Positions 45,968-56,978 of a stretch of DNA of 64,000 bases are shown here, piece after piece; the stretch's first letter is position 1; every line of letters begins with the position of its first letter. The notes under the pieces are model-generated. The model was not told the origin of the DNA. It made no database searches and saw nothing but the letters and a program-made list of their open reading frames with translations. This DNA comes from Parcubacteria group bacterium GW2011_GWA1_56_13 (GTDB lineage Bacteria; Patescibacteriota; Minisyncoccia; Phycocordibacterales; Phycocordibacteraceae). The translations under genes were made by a program, and so were the position numbers. The stretch is from assembly GCA_001004905.1 (NCBI GenBank), contig LCRY01000002.1, positions 199,251 to 263,250 of the forward strand, in the 5' to 3' direction.

Positions 45968-47353
45968 TTAAAATTCCGCGACAAGTTCTCCCAAATCGGC
46001 TTTCTCCATCGACTGGAACGTGGCGCGCTTCTCGTCGAAATAGAGGTCGGTCTTGCCAGTAGGGCCGTTCCGGTGCTTCTCGATGAGGATTTCCGCGATA
46101 TTTTGTCGGTCACTTTCGGGATTGCGTTTGTCCTCACGGTGGATGAACATCACGATATCGGCATCCTGCTCGATGCTTCCTGAATCACGCAGGTCGGAGA
46201 GTCGCGGTTTGCCGCCACGCTGTTCCACCGCGCGCGAAAGCTGTGAGAGGGCGATAACCGGCACTTTGAGCTCGCGTGCGAGCGACTTCAAGGAGCGGGA
46301 GATCTCGGTAACCTGCTGAACGAGCGAATCGGACGACTTCGTCGACGTCGGAGACATGAGCTGGAGATAGTCCACGATGATAAGCCCGATGCCGCGTTCG
46401 CGCTTCAGTCGTCGGGCGACCGCGCGCATAGCGAGGATGTTATTCCCCGGCTTGTCGTCGATGAAAATAGGTGCTTTCGAGAGCGACTCGAGCGCGTCTC
46501 GGATACGATTGAAATCTTCCTCCTCGCGTACCTGGCCAGTGCGCAGTTTCCATGAATTCACGAATGATTCAGCCGCAAGCATACGGTCGATGAGCTGTTC
46601 AGAGCTCATTTCAAGCGAGAAAATGCCGACGGGAACGTTATGCCGCACCGCCGCATTCCTCGCGATGTCGAGCGCGAGAGAGGTTTTACCCATCGAAGGC
46701 CTCGCAGCGATGATGACCAGATCGGAGGGATGGAAGCCCGAAAGCAGATTATCGAGGGAAGGAAAGCCCGATGGCACGCCGCGTATGCCGCTCTCTTTCT
46801 TGGAGAGCGCTTCAATACGATCCCATACTTCGTGGACTTTGTCGCCGATGGCGGTGAATTTATGCGCAGCCGACGCGTCGCCGATGGCGTAAATGCTTTT
46901 TTCGGCCTCATCGAGCACTTCCATCGTATCGCGCGCCTCGTCATACGCGGATTCGCTGATACTGTAGGCGGCGTCTATCAAGGAACGCATGAGCGACTTG
47001 CGGGAAACAAGTTCTGCGTAATGCGAGAAGTTGCCCGGAGCGGGCGCCGAGCCCGCGAGTTCGGCGAGGTAACTCCTGCCGCCGGCGCGCTCGATGAGCC
47101 CCTGGTCCTGCATCCGCGCCGAAAGAGAGAGGAGGTCTATCGGCTCACCGCGTTCGGCGAGCTCGTGCATCGCGCCGAATATAAGCCGATGCTTTTCGGC
47201 ATAAAAGGATTCGGGCCGGATAAGATCCAGGACGTCGTGGATGGCGTCCGGTTTGAGGAGCAGGGCGCCGAGGAGCGCGCGTTCGGATTCGAGCGATTGG
47301 GGCGGAACGCGATCGGAAGAGGCCATTGCCCTGATTGTATCACTCATCTCCAA
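45968..47353 (-). CDS. dnaB: replicative DNA helicase DnaB
   Basis: Walker A GxxxxGKT (ARPSMGKTS) and the conserved DnaB C-domain. Confidence 0.9.
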   Translation of the reverse strand: MEMSDTIRAMASSDRVPPQSLESERALLGALLLKPDAIHDVLDLIRPESFYAEKHRLIFGAMHELAERGEPIDLLSLSARMQDQGLIERAGGRSYLAELAGSAPAPGNFSHYAELVSRKSLMRSLIDAAYSISESAYDEARDTMEVLDEAEKSIYAIGDASAAHKFTAIGDKVHEVWDRIEALSKKESGIRGVPSGFPSLDNLLSGFHPSDLVIIAARPSMGKTSLALDIARNAAVRHNVPVGIFSLEMSSEQLIDRMLAAESFVNSWKLRTGQVREEEDFNRIRDALESLSKAPIFIDDKPGNNILAMRAVARRLKRERGIGLIIVDYLQLMSPTSTKSSDSLVQQVTEISRSLKSLARELKVPVIALSQLSRAVEQRGGKPRLSDLRDSGSIEQDADIVMFIHREDKRNPESDRQNIAEILIEKHRNGPTGKTDLYFDEKRATFQSMEKADLGELVAEF

Positions 47354-47421
47354 AAGCAGGGTAAAGGGTGCGTTCCGGCGAGGGAGGTCACGTCCAACGC
47401 CCGTTTTCCCGCTTTTTGGCT

Positions 47422-48789
47422 CTATTTCTTCTTTCCCAGTACCGGACCATGCGAGCTGTCATCCACATGATATCCACTCTTTTCTATCGCGCCTCGGAGG
47501 CGGTCGGCCTCCGTGAAGTCCTTTGCGGCGCGCGCCGCTTCGCGCCGCGCGAGCATGTCGCGCACCTCAAGAGGGATGTCCTCTTGTTTTAGGGCGTCCG
47601 CGAGAGGAGGATGTACGAGTGAAAGGCCGAAATGCGCATCGGCATCGAGAATGAGCCCCCATTTCTCTTCGGGCGTATATTCTTCGCTTCGAAGCGTATC
47701 CCAAAGAATGCCAAGCGCCTGCGGAGTCGCAAGGTCATCCCGAAGCGCCGCGAGGAGGCGCGCGCGGACTTCCGAAGGGGCGCTTCTGCGTCCCGATTCG
47801 GCGGCGATCTCGGAAGAGGCATTCCAAAGTCGGTCAAGCGCGCCAGCGGCTCCCGCGAGAGCGTCCCACGAGAAAGAGAGGGGGGTACGATAATGCGCCT
47901 GCAGGAAGAAATAACGCAAAGAGAGCGGATGGAATCTTTTTTTCGTGACATCAGAGAGATAGACAGCATTTCCCGTCGATTTTGCCAATTTTTGCCCCTG
48001 CAGGGACAGGTGCGCATTGTGCATCCAGTAATGCACGAAGGTCCGGCCGCTCGCCGCTTCCGATTGGGCTATTTCGTTGTTGTGATGAGTGGCGATATGT
48101 TCCGTGCCACCCGTGTGCACATCGATTTCCGGGCCCAGGAGCGAGCGCGACATCGCCGAACATTCTATATGCCATCCCGGATTGCCGCGGCCCCACGGGC
48201 TGTCCCACTGTTGAAGATCGTTCGGCCGCGCAGTCCTCCAGAGTACGAAATCGGCGGGGTGTCGTTTGCCCTTTGCGACTTTCACGCGCGCGCCCGCCTC
48301 CTGCTTCGCCATGGAAACGCCGCCGAGCTTTCCGTATGCGGCGAATTTTTGCGTATCAAAGTAGAGACCGTCCGGCAGATGATAGGCAAACCCTTTTTCT
48401 TCCAGCGTCCTGGCAAGCGCTATCTGTTCTTTGATGTATTCGGTCGCTCGGGGGAACAGGATGCTGTTCGTGTCTATATTGAGTTCGTCCAGGTCTTCCA
48501 GGTATATTTTTGTGTACCGGGCGGCGATGACTTCGGGAGTTGTGCGTTCTCTGGCAGCCCCGACCGCCATCTTGTCTTCGCCATAGTCGTCGTCGCTAAC
48601 CAAGTGTCCCACGTCCGTAATATTCAGCACGCGCCGCACATGATATCCGGCGGCGTTGAATACGCGCGCTATCGTGTCGGGAAACACGGCGGCGCGCAGG
48701 TTCCCGATATGTTGACGGCTATAGACCGTCGGTCCGCACGAATACATTGTCACGATGCCCGGTCTTTGGGATATGAAAAGTTCTTTCAT
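47422..48789 (-). CDS. cysS: cysteine--tRNA ligase
   Basis: CGPTVY/HIGN and KLAKSTGN (KMSKS) motifs; start at ATG 48789. Confidence 0.88.
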   Translation of the reverse strand: MKELFISQRPGIVTMYSCGPTVYSRQHIGNLRAAVFPDTIARVFNAAGYHVRRVLNITDVGHLVSDDDYGEDKMAVGAARERTTPEVIAARYTKIYLEDLDELNIDTNSILFPRATEYIKEQIALARTLEEKGFAYHLPDGLYFDTQKFAAYGKLGGVSMAKQEAGARVKVAKGKRHPADFVLWRTARPNDLQQWDSPWGRGNPGWHIECSAMSRSLLGPEIDVHTGGTEHIATHHNNEIAQSEAASGRTFVHYWMHNAHLSLQGQKLAKSTGNAVYLSDVTKKRFHPLSLRYFFLQAHYRTPLSFSWDALAGAAGALDRLWNASSEIAAESGRRSAPSEVRARLLAALRDDLATPQALGILWDTLRSEEYTPEEKWGLILDADAHFGLSLVHPPLADALKQEDIPLEVRDMLARREAARAAKDFTEADRLRGAIEKSGYHVDDSSHGPVLGKKK

Positions 48790-48882
48790 ACCCGAGAGCG
48801 TGTTGGTGAGGAATATTCTCGGCGGCCGCCGAGCCGACCTGTGCTGCAATTTTCCGAATATACGAGCAAGGAAACCCATAGG

Positions 48883-49800
48883 TCAAAGCCAGCGCCGTCT
48901 AATAAAGAACGTGGTGAGTAACAGCGCGACGCCGAGCATGAGACCGAGCACTATCCAGAAAGAATTTGGCGACTCGATGAGCGGCATGCCTTCCGTGCGC
49001 ATGGCAAATGTCCAGCTGATGAGCCCGAGCGGTAGAAAAATAAAGTTGACGATCGTCAGCGTTTTCATGATCTCGTTCTGGCGCGCTCCGAGCAAGGCGA
49101 CGTTGGTTTCGCGCATTTCCGTTGCGATGGCACGATGCGTTTCCACTATCCCTGCGGCATGCGTCCGCTCGGCGAGGATGCGAAGCGAGCGTTCGGCGAA
49201 CGAATGGCCAAAAAAACCGGAACGGTCGACGGCATCGAGGAAGCGTTTAAGCGCTTCCTCCTGGTTCGCAAGAACCCCTTCCATATGGAGGAACTCACGA
49301 CTGATGCTCGAGATCGAGCCGACCGTCGTTCGCTCGCGGCCGTCGAACATTTCTTTTTCGACACGAGAGAGCTTCCCGGCGACATGGTTCATGTGGTCGC
49401 GCATTGCGGTATACAAATGCGCAAAAAGCACCTCAAGAAGAACATCGGTCGTAACCGGCACTTTCCCTATGACGAGCTGTTGTGCCTCAATGAGCTTCTT
49501 GAGGTGATGCAAGGGTGCGACGACCTCATAGCGCACGGTGATGATAAAATTCTTTCCAACGATGAAATCGACTTCCTGGCTTTTCGTTTCGCCCTCTTTC
49601 TCGCTTTGAGAAGGGAAGTGGAGAACAAGAAGCAGCATATCGTCACCGGCGACTACCGTGGGTATGGGAGTCGGCAAGAGAAGCTCGCGCTCCATCCGTT
49701 CGTTGATGGAGAATTCTTCCGCTATCTGCCGGATTTCATCAGGGCTTGGCTGTTCCAGATCGATCCAGATGCCGCCCAAATATTCGTGCCGGAATATCAT
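48883..49800 (-). CDS. corA: magnesium/cobalt transporter CorA family
   Basis: Two C-terminal TM helices with a GMN-like motif region; start at ATG 49800. Confidence 0.75.
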   Translation of the reverse strand: MIFRHEYLGGIWIDLEQPSPDEIRQIAEEFSINERMERELLLPTPIPTVVAGDDMLLLVLHFPSQSEKEGETKSQEVDFIVGKNFIITVRYEVVAPLHHLKKLIEAQQLVIGKVPVTTDVLLEVLFAHLYTAMRDHMNHVAGKLSRVEKEMFDGRERTTVGSISSISREFLHMEGVLANQEEALKRFLDAVDRSGFFGHSFAERSLRILAERTHAAGIVETHRAIATEMRETNVALLGARQNEIMKTLTIVNFIFLPLGLISWTFAMRTEGMPLIESPNSFWIVLGLMLGVALLLTTFFIRRRWL

Positions 49801-49887
49801 GCGCCTAGAATACCATGTCCCGCATCGGGACACTGTCGAGCGCGCACCCGACGGTGTGACGAAGCGTCATGTGCTACACTCTGCAAA

Positions 49888-51135
49888 ATGGAATCCGACA
49901 CGGCACGCGGGCAGAGCATAGTTATGCGCGGTATTTCTTTCGCGCTCGTGGCGGCGATCGCGTTCGGCGCAGGCGTCGCGGCAGGCAGCAACGGCTCTGC
50001 GGCCTCTATTGCTTCGCATATTCCGCTCGTGGGTGATGGGCTCGATGCGACGCCCGATGCGAGCGTCGATCTTGCCAACTTCTGGAAAGCATGGAACGCA
50101 CTTGAAGAGCACTATGTCATCACGCAGGCCTCCTCCACGCTTCCAACGGTAAAAGACCGGCTATATGGCGCAATAGAAGGTCTTGCCTCCTCCTACGGTG
50201 ACCCCTACACGGTATTCTTTCCTCCGGAAGAAGCGAAGCAGTTTGCCGACACCATTTCCGGCAGTTTCGCGGGTGTTGGGATGGAAATAGACGTGAAGGA
50301 CGGTGTTTTGACCGTCATCGCTCCGCTCAAAGGAACGCCGGCCGAAGCCGCCGGCGTCAAGGCGGGCGATCAAATCGTAGCCATCGACGGGAAGTCGACG
50401 GACGGCCTCTCCATCGATAAAGCGGTGACGAAGATCCGCGGGCCCATCGGAACGACGGTGGAAATCACCGTTGTTCGCGGCGGAAAGACGTTCAACTTCA
50501 AGATCGTACGCGACACCATCCAGGTTCCCGAAACTGACGATGGGCTCGACGCGGCAAGTGGCGTGTACCGCATCGCGCTCTACGAATTCACCGCCAATTC
50601 CGCGAATTTGTTCAATCTGGCGTTCGAGCGGTTCAGGAATTCCGGATCCAAAAAACTGGTCCTCGACCTGCGCGGCAATCCGGGTGGTTATTTGGATTCC
50701 GCGGTCGACATCGCGAGCCATTTCCTCCCCAAAGGCGCGGATATCGTCACGGAAGATTTTGACGGGAAGGAGCCAAAACAGGCCCATACCAGCTTGGGCT
50801 ACTCCGATGTGCCGCGAGGGACCAAAATCGTCATGCTCATCGACGGAGGGTCGGCTTCGGCGTCCGAGATACTCGCCGGCGCTCTGCAGGATAATCGCGC
50901 TGCGACCTTGATCGGTACCCGCTCGTTCGGTAAGGGTTCGGTGCAGACCCTGCTTGACCTTGACAAGGGTTCGTTGAAAATAACCGTCGCACGCTGGATC
51001 ACTCCCGCCGGCCACTGGATCATGGGCAACGGCATTACTCCGGACATCGTCGTGCCATTTACGCAAGAAGATGCTGCGGCCGGGAAGGATCCGCAAATGG
51101 CGCGCGCCGTACAATTTTTGACGACGGGGAAGTAA
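49888..51135 (+). CDS. ctpA: carboxyl-terminal processing protease (S41 family)
   Basis: Signal peptide, PDZ domain, S41 catalytic region (GSASASE...K); alternative start at 49924. Confidence 0.8.
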   Translation: MESDTARGQSIVMRGISFALVAAIAFGAGVAAGSNGSAASIASHIPLVGDGLDATPDASVDLANFWKAWNALEEHYVITQASSTLPTVKDRLYGAIEGLASSYGDPYTVFFPPEEAKQFADTISGSFAGVGMEIDVKDGVLTVIAPLKGTPAEAAGVKAGDQIVAIDGKSTDGLSIDKAVTKIRGPIGTTVEITVVRGGKTFNFKIVRDTIQVPETDDGLDAASGVYRIALYEFTANSANLFNLAFERFRNSGSKKLVLDLRGNPGGYLDSAVDIASHFLPKGADIVTEDFDGKEPKQAHTSLGYSDVPRGTKIVMLIDGGSASASEILAGALQDNRAATLIGTRSFGKGSVQTLLDLDKGSLKITVARWITPAGHWIMGNGITPDIVVPFTQEDAAAGKDPQMARAVQFLTTGK

Positions 51136-51181
51136 GAGTCACTTCGGGGCAGGCCTGTTTACTTTGGTATACTTGCCGGAA

Positions 51182-51745
51182 ATGAGCATCCAGAGCCGTA
51201 GGAATGGTCTTCTGCTGCATGATGTACTTGTTATCGCCCTCAGCATCGGCATTGCCGCAGTTCTGGTAAAGACCGATGTGCTGGTGCATATATTGACGTC
51301 CACGCAAAAACTGGAATTAGTGGGAAGTTTTATAGCGGGCCTATTTTTCACTTCGGTGTTCACCACCGCACCGGCCATCGTCACCCTCGGCGAAATTGCT
51401 CGCCTCAATTCCATACTCCCGATGGCTGTCTTCGGGGCATTGGGAGCGGTATGCGGAGACGTGCTTATCTTTCGCTTCGTTCGTGACAAGTTCGCCGAAC
51501 ATATCCTGGAATTGATACGCCACCGAAGCGTAGGAAAAAAAATGGGCGTGCTATTCCGACTCAAGCTTTTTCGATGGCTCTCGTTCTTCGTTGGGGGTCT
51601 GATCATTGCTTCTCCGTTACCGGACGAGCTTGGGATCGGACTGTTCGGTTTTTCAAAAATGAAGATGTCGTGGTTCATCCCCCTTTCCTTCACCTTTAAC
51701 TTCATCGGCATCGCGCTCATCGGCCTCATTGCACAAGCGATATGA
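51182..51745 (+). CDS. polytopic membrane protein (hypothetical)
   Basis: Five or six predicted TM helices; alternative start at 51164. Confidence 0.5.
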   Translation: MSIQSRRNGLLLHDVLVIALSIGIAAVLVKTDVLVHILTSTQKLELVGSFIAGLFFTSVFTTAPAIVTLGEIARLNSILPMAVFGALGAVCGDVLIFRFVRDKFAEHILELIRHRSVGKKMGVLFRLKLFRWLSFFVGGLIIASPLPDELGIGLFGFSKMKMSWFIPLSFTFNFIGIALIGLIAQAI

Positions 51746-54378
51746 CTCATACGGGAATGGCGAGCGAAATACAGAAAAACAGCCCTTTTTGGACGTTGTC
51801 TCTGCCGGATATCTCGAAAGAGATGCACACGAATATTCAGAACGGGATTTCGCAGGCGGAAGCGCTGGAACGACTGAAAGTTTTCGGTCTCAATGTGATC
51901 GAAAGGCCGCAGCGGTCGCCTTGGCTTCGGATTTTCCTGAACCAGTTCAAGAGCCCCTTGATCCTCATCCTGCTGTTCGCGAGTAGTGTGACGTTCCTTA
52001 TTGCCCATTATCGCGACGCCTTTTTCATTTTTATCGCCGTTCTGGTCAACACTATTCTTGGCTTTTATCAGGAATTCAAGGCGGAAAAGGCGCTGTCAGA
52101 ACTCAAGACGTATCTTAAACAACGCACGCGTGTCATTCGTGACACGGAAGAGCGTGAAATAGACGCCGCGCGGATAGTGCCGGGGGATATCATACGCCTC
52201 ACGCAAGGGGACCGTGTCCCCGCGGACGCGCGTCTCGCGTTCGTGAACGACTTCCAGGTTGACGAGGCGATCTTGACGGGAGAATCACTGCCGGTATCAA
52301 AGTCGGTCGAACCGGTGGGCGCGGCTGCTGCCCTCGGGGATCAGCGGTCCATGGTGTTCGCCGGAACTTTGGTCACCCAAGGGGTGGGGACGGCAGTGGT
52401 ATGTCGTACGGGTTTCTCGACCGAATTGGGGAAAATAGCGGCCCTCGTCGCCGAATCACAGCGGGAGGAGACACCGCTCCAAAAAAAGATAGCGACGTTC
52501 AGCCTCCAGGCAGGATCTTTTTTGGGAGTGCTCACGCTCGCCATTTTCGGCGCCGGCATCGCCCTCGGGTACTCATACGTGGACATGTTTCTTACGTCGG
52601 TAGCGATCGCGGTTGCGGCGGTTCCGGAAGGATTGCCCGTGGCGATGACGGTCATACTGGCCATCGGGGTACAGCGCATGGCGCGCCGCAAAGGAGTAGT
52701 GAGGAAACTGATTGCAGCGGAAACGCTGGGAAGCACCACTATCATCCTGACCGATAAAACCGGCACGCTGACCCAAGCGAGCATGGCCATCAGCAAGATC
52801 ATTCCGGCCGAAGGAAAGGAAGCGGGAACACTGCTCGAATGGGCGCTTCTGAACACAAATGTCCTTGTGGAAAACCCGAACGATCACCCGTCCGGATGGC
52901 GAATGAACGGTCGGGTGATCGAGAAGGCACTCGTGCAGTCGGCCGCACTCCGGGGAATAACGGTCGAAAAAGCCAGACATAAAAATCCATTGCTGAATTC
53001 TCTGCCGTTTAACGCGGTTAATAAATTTTCCGTTTCGCTGATACGCAACCATGAGAGGGATGTGCTGGTATTTTTAGGCGCACCCGATATCCTCGTAGCC
53101 CATTCAACGCTTGATTCGAGGCAGCAAGAAGAAGCTTTGGGAACCATACATGCCCTGGCCAAATCGGGCGAACTTGTCCTAGGGGTCGCGATCAAAGAAA
53201 ACGAGGGAAGAAAGGATTTTTCCTTCTCGAAGGACCTGAAACTCGCGCAACTCTCTTTTCAAGGTTTGCTAACACTGAACGATCCGGTGCGCCCGCGCGT
53301 CAAAGACGCCCTCCGTCGCCTCGAACAGGCCGGAATAAAGACAATGATCGTGACCGGCGATCATCGCGGTACGGCGGAAGCGATCGCCCGCGAAGTCGGC
53401 ATGCGGATCGACGAGCGCAGCGTCTTGGATGCTTCGGAATTGCGCCCCCTGTCAGACAAGGAACTGAAAAGTCGGTTGCCTCACCTACAGGTCATTTCAC
53501 GAGTATCTCCCCTTGATAAAATGCGAATGGTACGGATCCTCCAGGAAATGGGGGAGGTTGTGGCGATGACCGGCGACGGCGTTAACGATGCTCCCAGTAT
53601 CAAACAGGCGGACGTCGGCATTGCTATGGGCTCGGGCACGGAAGTGGCTCGCGACGTGGCCGATCTCGTACTACTCGACGATAATTTTGAGACGATTGTC
53701 GCCGCCGTTGAAGAAGGGCGGCAGATGATGAACAATATCCGCAAGGTGCTGGTGTATCTGCTCTCTTCGGTGGCAGACGGACTGATTTTGATAGGAGGTG
53801 CTCTTGCGACCGGTGTGGCGCTTCCATTGAACGCTCTTCAGATCTTGTGGGTGAATTTCTTTTCGGACAGTTTTCCCGCTGTCGCATTCGCTTTTGAGAA
53901 AAACATCGACGGGATGACCCGCCGTCTCCAGCGTACGAATACCGGACTCTTTAATCCTTTGATGAATTTCCTGATCCTCTATATAGGCCTCTCCACCAGC
54001 GCACTGTTGTTCGTACTGTACTGGACCATGCTACGGGCCGGGTTTCCGGAAGATATCGTGAGAACGTTTATTTTCGCAAGCTTCGGCACGTATACCTTAT
54101 TCCTGGCTTTTGCACTGAGAAGTTTGGAAAAAAGCATCTTTACCTATTCGATATTTTCAAATCTATATTTGGTCGTCGGCGTCGGCGTCGGCGTCGTCCT
54201 CATGGGCGCGGCGATTTATATCCCGTTTTTGCAGTCGGTATTTAATACGGTTTCTCTGCCGTTTTTCTGGCTCCTTGGTGTCGTGGCGGTCGGCATACTT
54301 AATATCGCCGCCGTGGAATGCGGAAAATGGTTTTTCCGCCGCAAGCAATTGATGGCCCGCAACGAAGGCGCATTTTGA
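51742..54378 (+). CDS. cation-transporting P-type ATPase (P2-type, Ca2+/Mg2+-like)
   Basis: DKTGTLT, TGDHRGTA and GDGVNDAPS motifs; 10 TM helices. Confidence 0.9.
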   Translation: MTHTGMASEIQKNSPFWTLSLPDISKEMHTNIQNGISQAEALERLKVFGLNVIERPQRSPWLRIFLNQFKSPLILILLFASSVTFLIAHYRDAFFIFIAVLVNTILGFYQEFKAEKALSELKTYLKQRTRVIRDTEEREIDAARIVPGDIIRLTQGDRVPADARLAFVNDFQVDEAILTGESLPVSKSVEPVGAAAALGDQRSMVFAGTLVTQGVGTAVVCRTGFSTELGKIAALVAESQREETPLQKKIATFSLQAGSFLGVLTLAIFGAGIALGYSYVDMFLTSVAIAVAAVPEGLPVAMTVILAIGVQRMARRKGVVRKLIAAETLGSTTIILTDKTGTLTQASMAISKIIPAEGKEAGTLLEWALLNTNVLVENPNDHPSGWRMNGRVIEKALVQSAALRGITVEKARHKNPLLNSLPFNAVNKFSVSLIRNHERDVLVFLGAPDILVAHSTLDSRQQEEALGTIHALAKSGELVLGVAIKENEGRKDFSFSKDLKLAQLSFQGLLTLNDPVRPRVKDALRRLEQAGIKTMIVTGDHRGTAEAIAREVGMRIDERSVLDASELRPLSDKELKSRLPHLQVISRVSPLDKMRMVRILQEMGEVVAMTGDGVNDAPSIKQADVGIAMGSGTEVARDVADLVLLDDNFETIVAAVEEGRQMMNNIRKVLVYLLSSVADGLILIGGALATGVALPLNALQILWVNFFSDSFPAVAFAFEKNIDGMTRRLQRTNTGLFNPLMNFLILYIGLSTSALLFVLYWTMLRAGFPEDIVRTFIFASFGTYTLFLAFALRSLEKSIFTYSIFSNLYLVVGVGVGVVLMGAAIYIPFLQSVFNTVSLPFFWLLGVVAVGILNIAAVECGKWFFRRKQLMARNEGAF

Positions 54379-54416
54379 CTATTGCGGTCCGGCTCTCTTT
54401 GCAGTAGGGTGGTGCT

Positions 54417-54863
54417 ATGAAAGTCATTTTGCTCAAAGACGTAAAAGGCATCGGGCGCCTTCACGAGGTAGTGGAAGCCAAGGACGGGTATGCCTTGAAC
54501 TTCCTCATTCCGCAGGAGCTTGCCATTGCGGCCACTCCGGCGGCTCTCAAGGAAGCGGAAGTGCGGCGAAAGAGGAACGCCGAACGCGCCGAGCTTGATG
54601 CCAAGCTCCTCGCGCAAAACATTGCTTCACTCGCCGATGCGCGCATCGTGGTTACAGCGAAAGCGAATGAGAAAGGTCATCTGTATGACGCGGTAGGGGA
54701 GTCCGAGATACGCGTCGCGGCGAAAGAACAGGCCCGCATCGATATTCCCGAGGGCGCCATCAAATTGGACAAGCCGATCAAGGAGTTGGGTACATTCGAT
54801 ATTCCCGTCACGACCGGCGAGACCTTTGGAAGATTTTCCATTACTGTCGAATCGGAGGCGTGA
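54417..54863 (+). CDS. rplI: 50S ribosomal protein L9
   Basis: [13 protein letters not shown]... Confidence 0.9.
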   Translation: MKVILLKDVKGIGRLHEVVEAKDGYALNFLIPQELAIAATPAALKEAEVRRKRNAERAELDAKLLAQNIASLADARIVVTAKANEKGHLYDAVGESEIRVAAKEQARIDIPEGAIKLDKPIKELGTFDIPVTTGETFGRFSITVESEA

Positions 54864-55384
54864 TTGTCATGACGCTGGAGGAATCTCTCGCAAGGAAAGA
54901 TATCCCGAAAGAAATCAAACAAGCACAAACATTACTCGATATTCCGTATCTGTCGTTTGAAGGAACCGTACGAATGGGGCAACTTTTGGTCCATACCGAT
55001 CTCGCCCGCGAGATTCAATGCATTTTTGAGGAATTACTTGAGCGTAAATTTCCGATAGAAAAAATGATCCCCGTCGTCGCATTCGATTGGAATGACGACG
55101 CGTCGATGGCCGCAAACAACACGTCAGCGTTTAATTACCGCGTCATTCACGGCACGGACCGGCTTTCGAATCATTCCTTCGGCCGCGCCCTAGATATTAA
55201 TCCCGTTCAGAACCCCTATGTACGTCCGGACGGCACAACCGTGCCCCAGAATGCATCCTACGAATCCCGGAAGCAGGGAACGATAACGCACGAAACGGCA
55301 GATCTCTTCAGATCACGCGGTTGGGAATGGGGAGGAGATTGGCGGCAGTTCAAGGATTGGCAGCACTTCGAAAAACCGGCTTAA
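54860..55384 (+). CDS. M15-family metallopeptidase (D-Ala-D-Ala carboxypeptidase-like)
   Basis: [11 protein letters not shown] (H-x6-D) and DWQHFE zinc-ligand motifs. Confidence 0.7.
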   Translation: MIVMTLEESLARKDIPKEIKQAQTLLDIPYLSFEGTVRMGQLLVHTDLAREIQCIFEELLERKFPIEKMIPVVAFDWNDDASMAANNTSAFNYRVIHGTDRLSNHSFGRALDINPVQNPYVRPDGTTVPQNASYESRKQGTITHETADLFRSRGWEWGGDWRQFKDWQHFEKPA

Positions 55385-55653
55385 ACCACCTCGGCGACTT
55401 TCTTGGAGACGATACGGCCGGTAAAATTGGTCTTGCGACGAGTGCGATAGGCAACCGTGCCGGAGGCAAGGGCGAAGAGCGTATGGTCGCGTCCCACCGC
55501 GACGTTTTTTCCGGCCTCTATTCTCGTGCCGCGTTGGCGGACGATGACCATGCCCGGACGGGCAGGAGCGCCGTCGGCGAGCTTCACCCCGAGGTATTTC
55601 GGGTTTGAGTCGTTAAGGTTTTTGGCTGATCCGCCGGCTTTTGTTGACGCCAT
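55381..55653 (-). CDS. rpmA: 50S ribosomal protein L27
   Basis: ...GGSAKN..DS.PKYLGVK...IVRQRGT...GRDHTLFA... Confidence 0.9.
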   Translation of the reverse strand: MASTKAGGSAKNLNDSNPKYLGVKLADGAPARPGMVIVRQRGTRIEAGKNVAVGRDHTLFALASGTVAYRTRRKTNFTGRIVSKKVAEVV

Positions 55654-55672
55654 GGTGATATAGTTTTACCGT

Positions 55673-56020
55673 ATGACTATAGCAGAAGCTCGCAGAAAAT
55701 GCAAAAGTTTTACCGAATGTATCCCGCGAGACCTGCTCATTCTCGCCCTTGTCGTATCGGCTTCAACGTTCAGCTTCGGCTTCGGTTACCTCGCGGGGCT
55801 TGATGCGGAACAAGAAGACGGCGTACGCCTCGAAAAAACCTCTGGTGTCGCCACTTCCTCGCAAGAGCAGGTTGTGGCTTCAAAATCTGGCATGAAATAT
55901 TATTTGCCATGGTGCGCCGGAGTCGAACGCATCTCGGACGCCAACAAGGTCTGGTTCGCATCCGCTTCGTTCGCGCGCGCGGCAGGTTATGCCCCCGCCG
56001 CCAATTGCAAAGGCCTGTGA
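55673..56020 (+). CDS. membrane-anchored protein with a C-terminal Ada-type zinc-binding domain
   Basis: N-terminal TM, then YYLPWCAGVERISDANKVWFASASFARAAGYAPAANC, which matches the Ada_Zn_binding pattern (Y-x-C...N-x-V-x-F...A-G-Y/F-x-P-C). Confidence 0.55.
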   Translation: MTIAEARRKCKSFTECIPRDLLILALVVSASTFSFGFGYLAGLDAEQEDGVRLEKTSGVATSSQEQVVASKSGMKYYLPWCAGVERISDANKVWFASASFARAAGYAPAANCKGL

Positions 56021-56039
56021 ACTGGTACCATAGGAAGAC

Positions 56040-56804
56040 ATGAACGACGATTTGACGCGTCTGCCGGTTGCTCCGCCGCAGCCGTCCGTACGATATGAAA
56101 TGGCTGAACGCCTCGCACGTTCCGTGCACGAAGGAAGCCGGACCATGCCCGCGGACCGCCCGATGCTCGTCTGCAGGCCAAAAAAAATAGAATCATGGCG
56201 GGGGTTCAAGATAATGTCGGAATTCATCGAAGGGTTCGACATCATCCGCCGCTACGGCCTCGCCGCGAGCTTTTTCGGTAGCGCCCGCGCATCGCTTGAA
56301 GACGACGTATACCGGCATGCGTCCGAACTCGCCGCCCGGCTGGCGAAGAAAGGGTTCGCCATCATTACCGGCGGCAGTTCCGGCGTCATGCAGGCGGCGA
56401 ACAAGGGCGCATTCGAGGTCGGAGGCGTATCGGTCGGACTCAACATCAATTTGCCGGACATGCAGGTCTATAACCCGTATCTAACCGAACGGTTCGGTTT
56501 TGACCACTTCTTCGTCCGCAAGGTCATGCTGACGTACGCTTCGGAAGTCTACATTTATTTTCCGGGCGGCTTCGGTACGCTCGACGAATTCTTTGAGATC
56601 GTGACCCTGGTGCAGACGAAAAAGATACGTAAGGTCCCGATACTCCTCTTCGGAAAATCATATTGGGAGCCGCTCCTCTCCTTTATCGAAAAAACGCTGT
56701 ACAAGGAGCGCGGCGCCATTGACGAAGCCGATATGGAGCTCTACACGCTCGTTGATTCGGTTGACGAAGCGTATGATTACATCCTCGCGCACGCTTCTTG
56801 CTAG
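56040..56804 (+). CDS. LOG-family protein (TIGR00730, cytokinin riboside 5'-monophosphate phosphoribohydrolase-like)
   Basis: GGSSGVMQAANKGA and PGGFGTLDEFFE motifs. The core LOG domain starts at M59 (56214), so the true start may be 56214. Confidence 0.75.
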   Translation: MNDDLTRLPVAPPQPSVRYEMAERLARSVHEGSRTMPADRPMLVCRPKKIESWRGFKIMSEFIEGFDIIRRYGLAASFFGSARASLEDDVYRHASELAARLAKKGFAIITGGSSGVMQAANKGAFEVGGVSVGLNINLPDMQVYNPYLTERFGFDHFFVRKVMLTYASEVYIYFPGGFGTLDEFFEIVTLVQTKKIRKVPILLFGKSYWEPLLSFIEKTLYKERGAIDEADMELYTLVDSVDEAYDYILAHASC

Positions 56805-56978
56805 GTCCGATTTCCCCACCGACGGGAAGGGAAGAGGTTGCGGCGGTGGTATGCTGTCCCTATGCATGTGAAGCACCCGAGATATTCCGCCCGGCGTCTT
56901 CAGGTCTATGCGTTCTGGACCGGATTTTTAAGCACGCTCATCAGCTTGTCGCATGTCGTGAAAGATATATTGTGCGAC

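Noticed and set aside
47632-48921. 429-aa plus-strand ORF
   Set aside because: Antisense to cysS; Arg-rich, a spurious ORF of the kind high-GC DNA produces
50161-51114. 317-aa minus-strand ORF
   Set aside because: Antisense to the S41 protease gene
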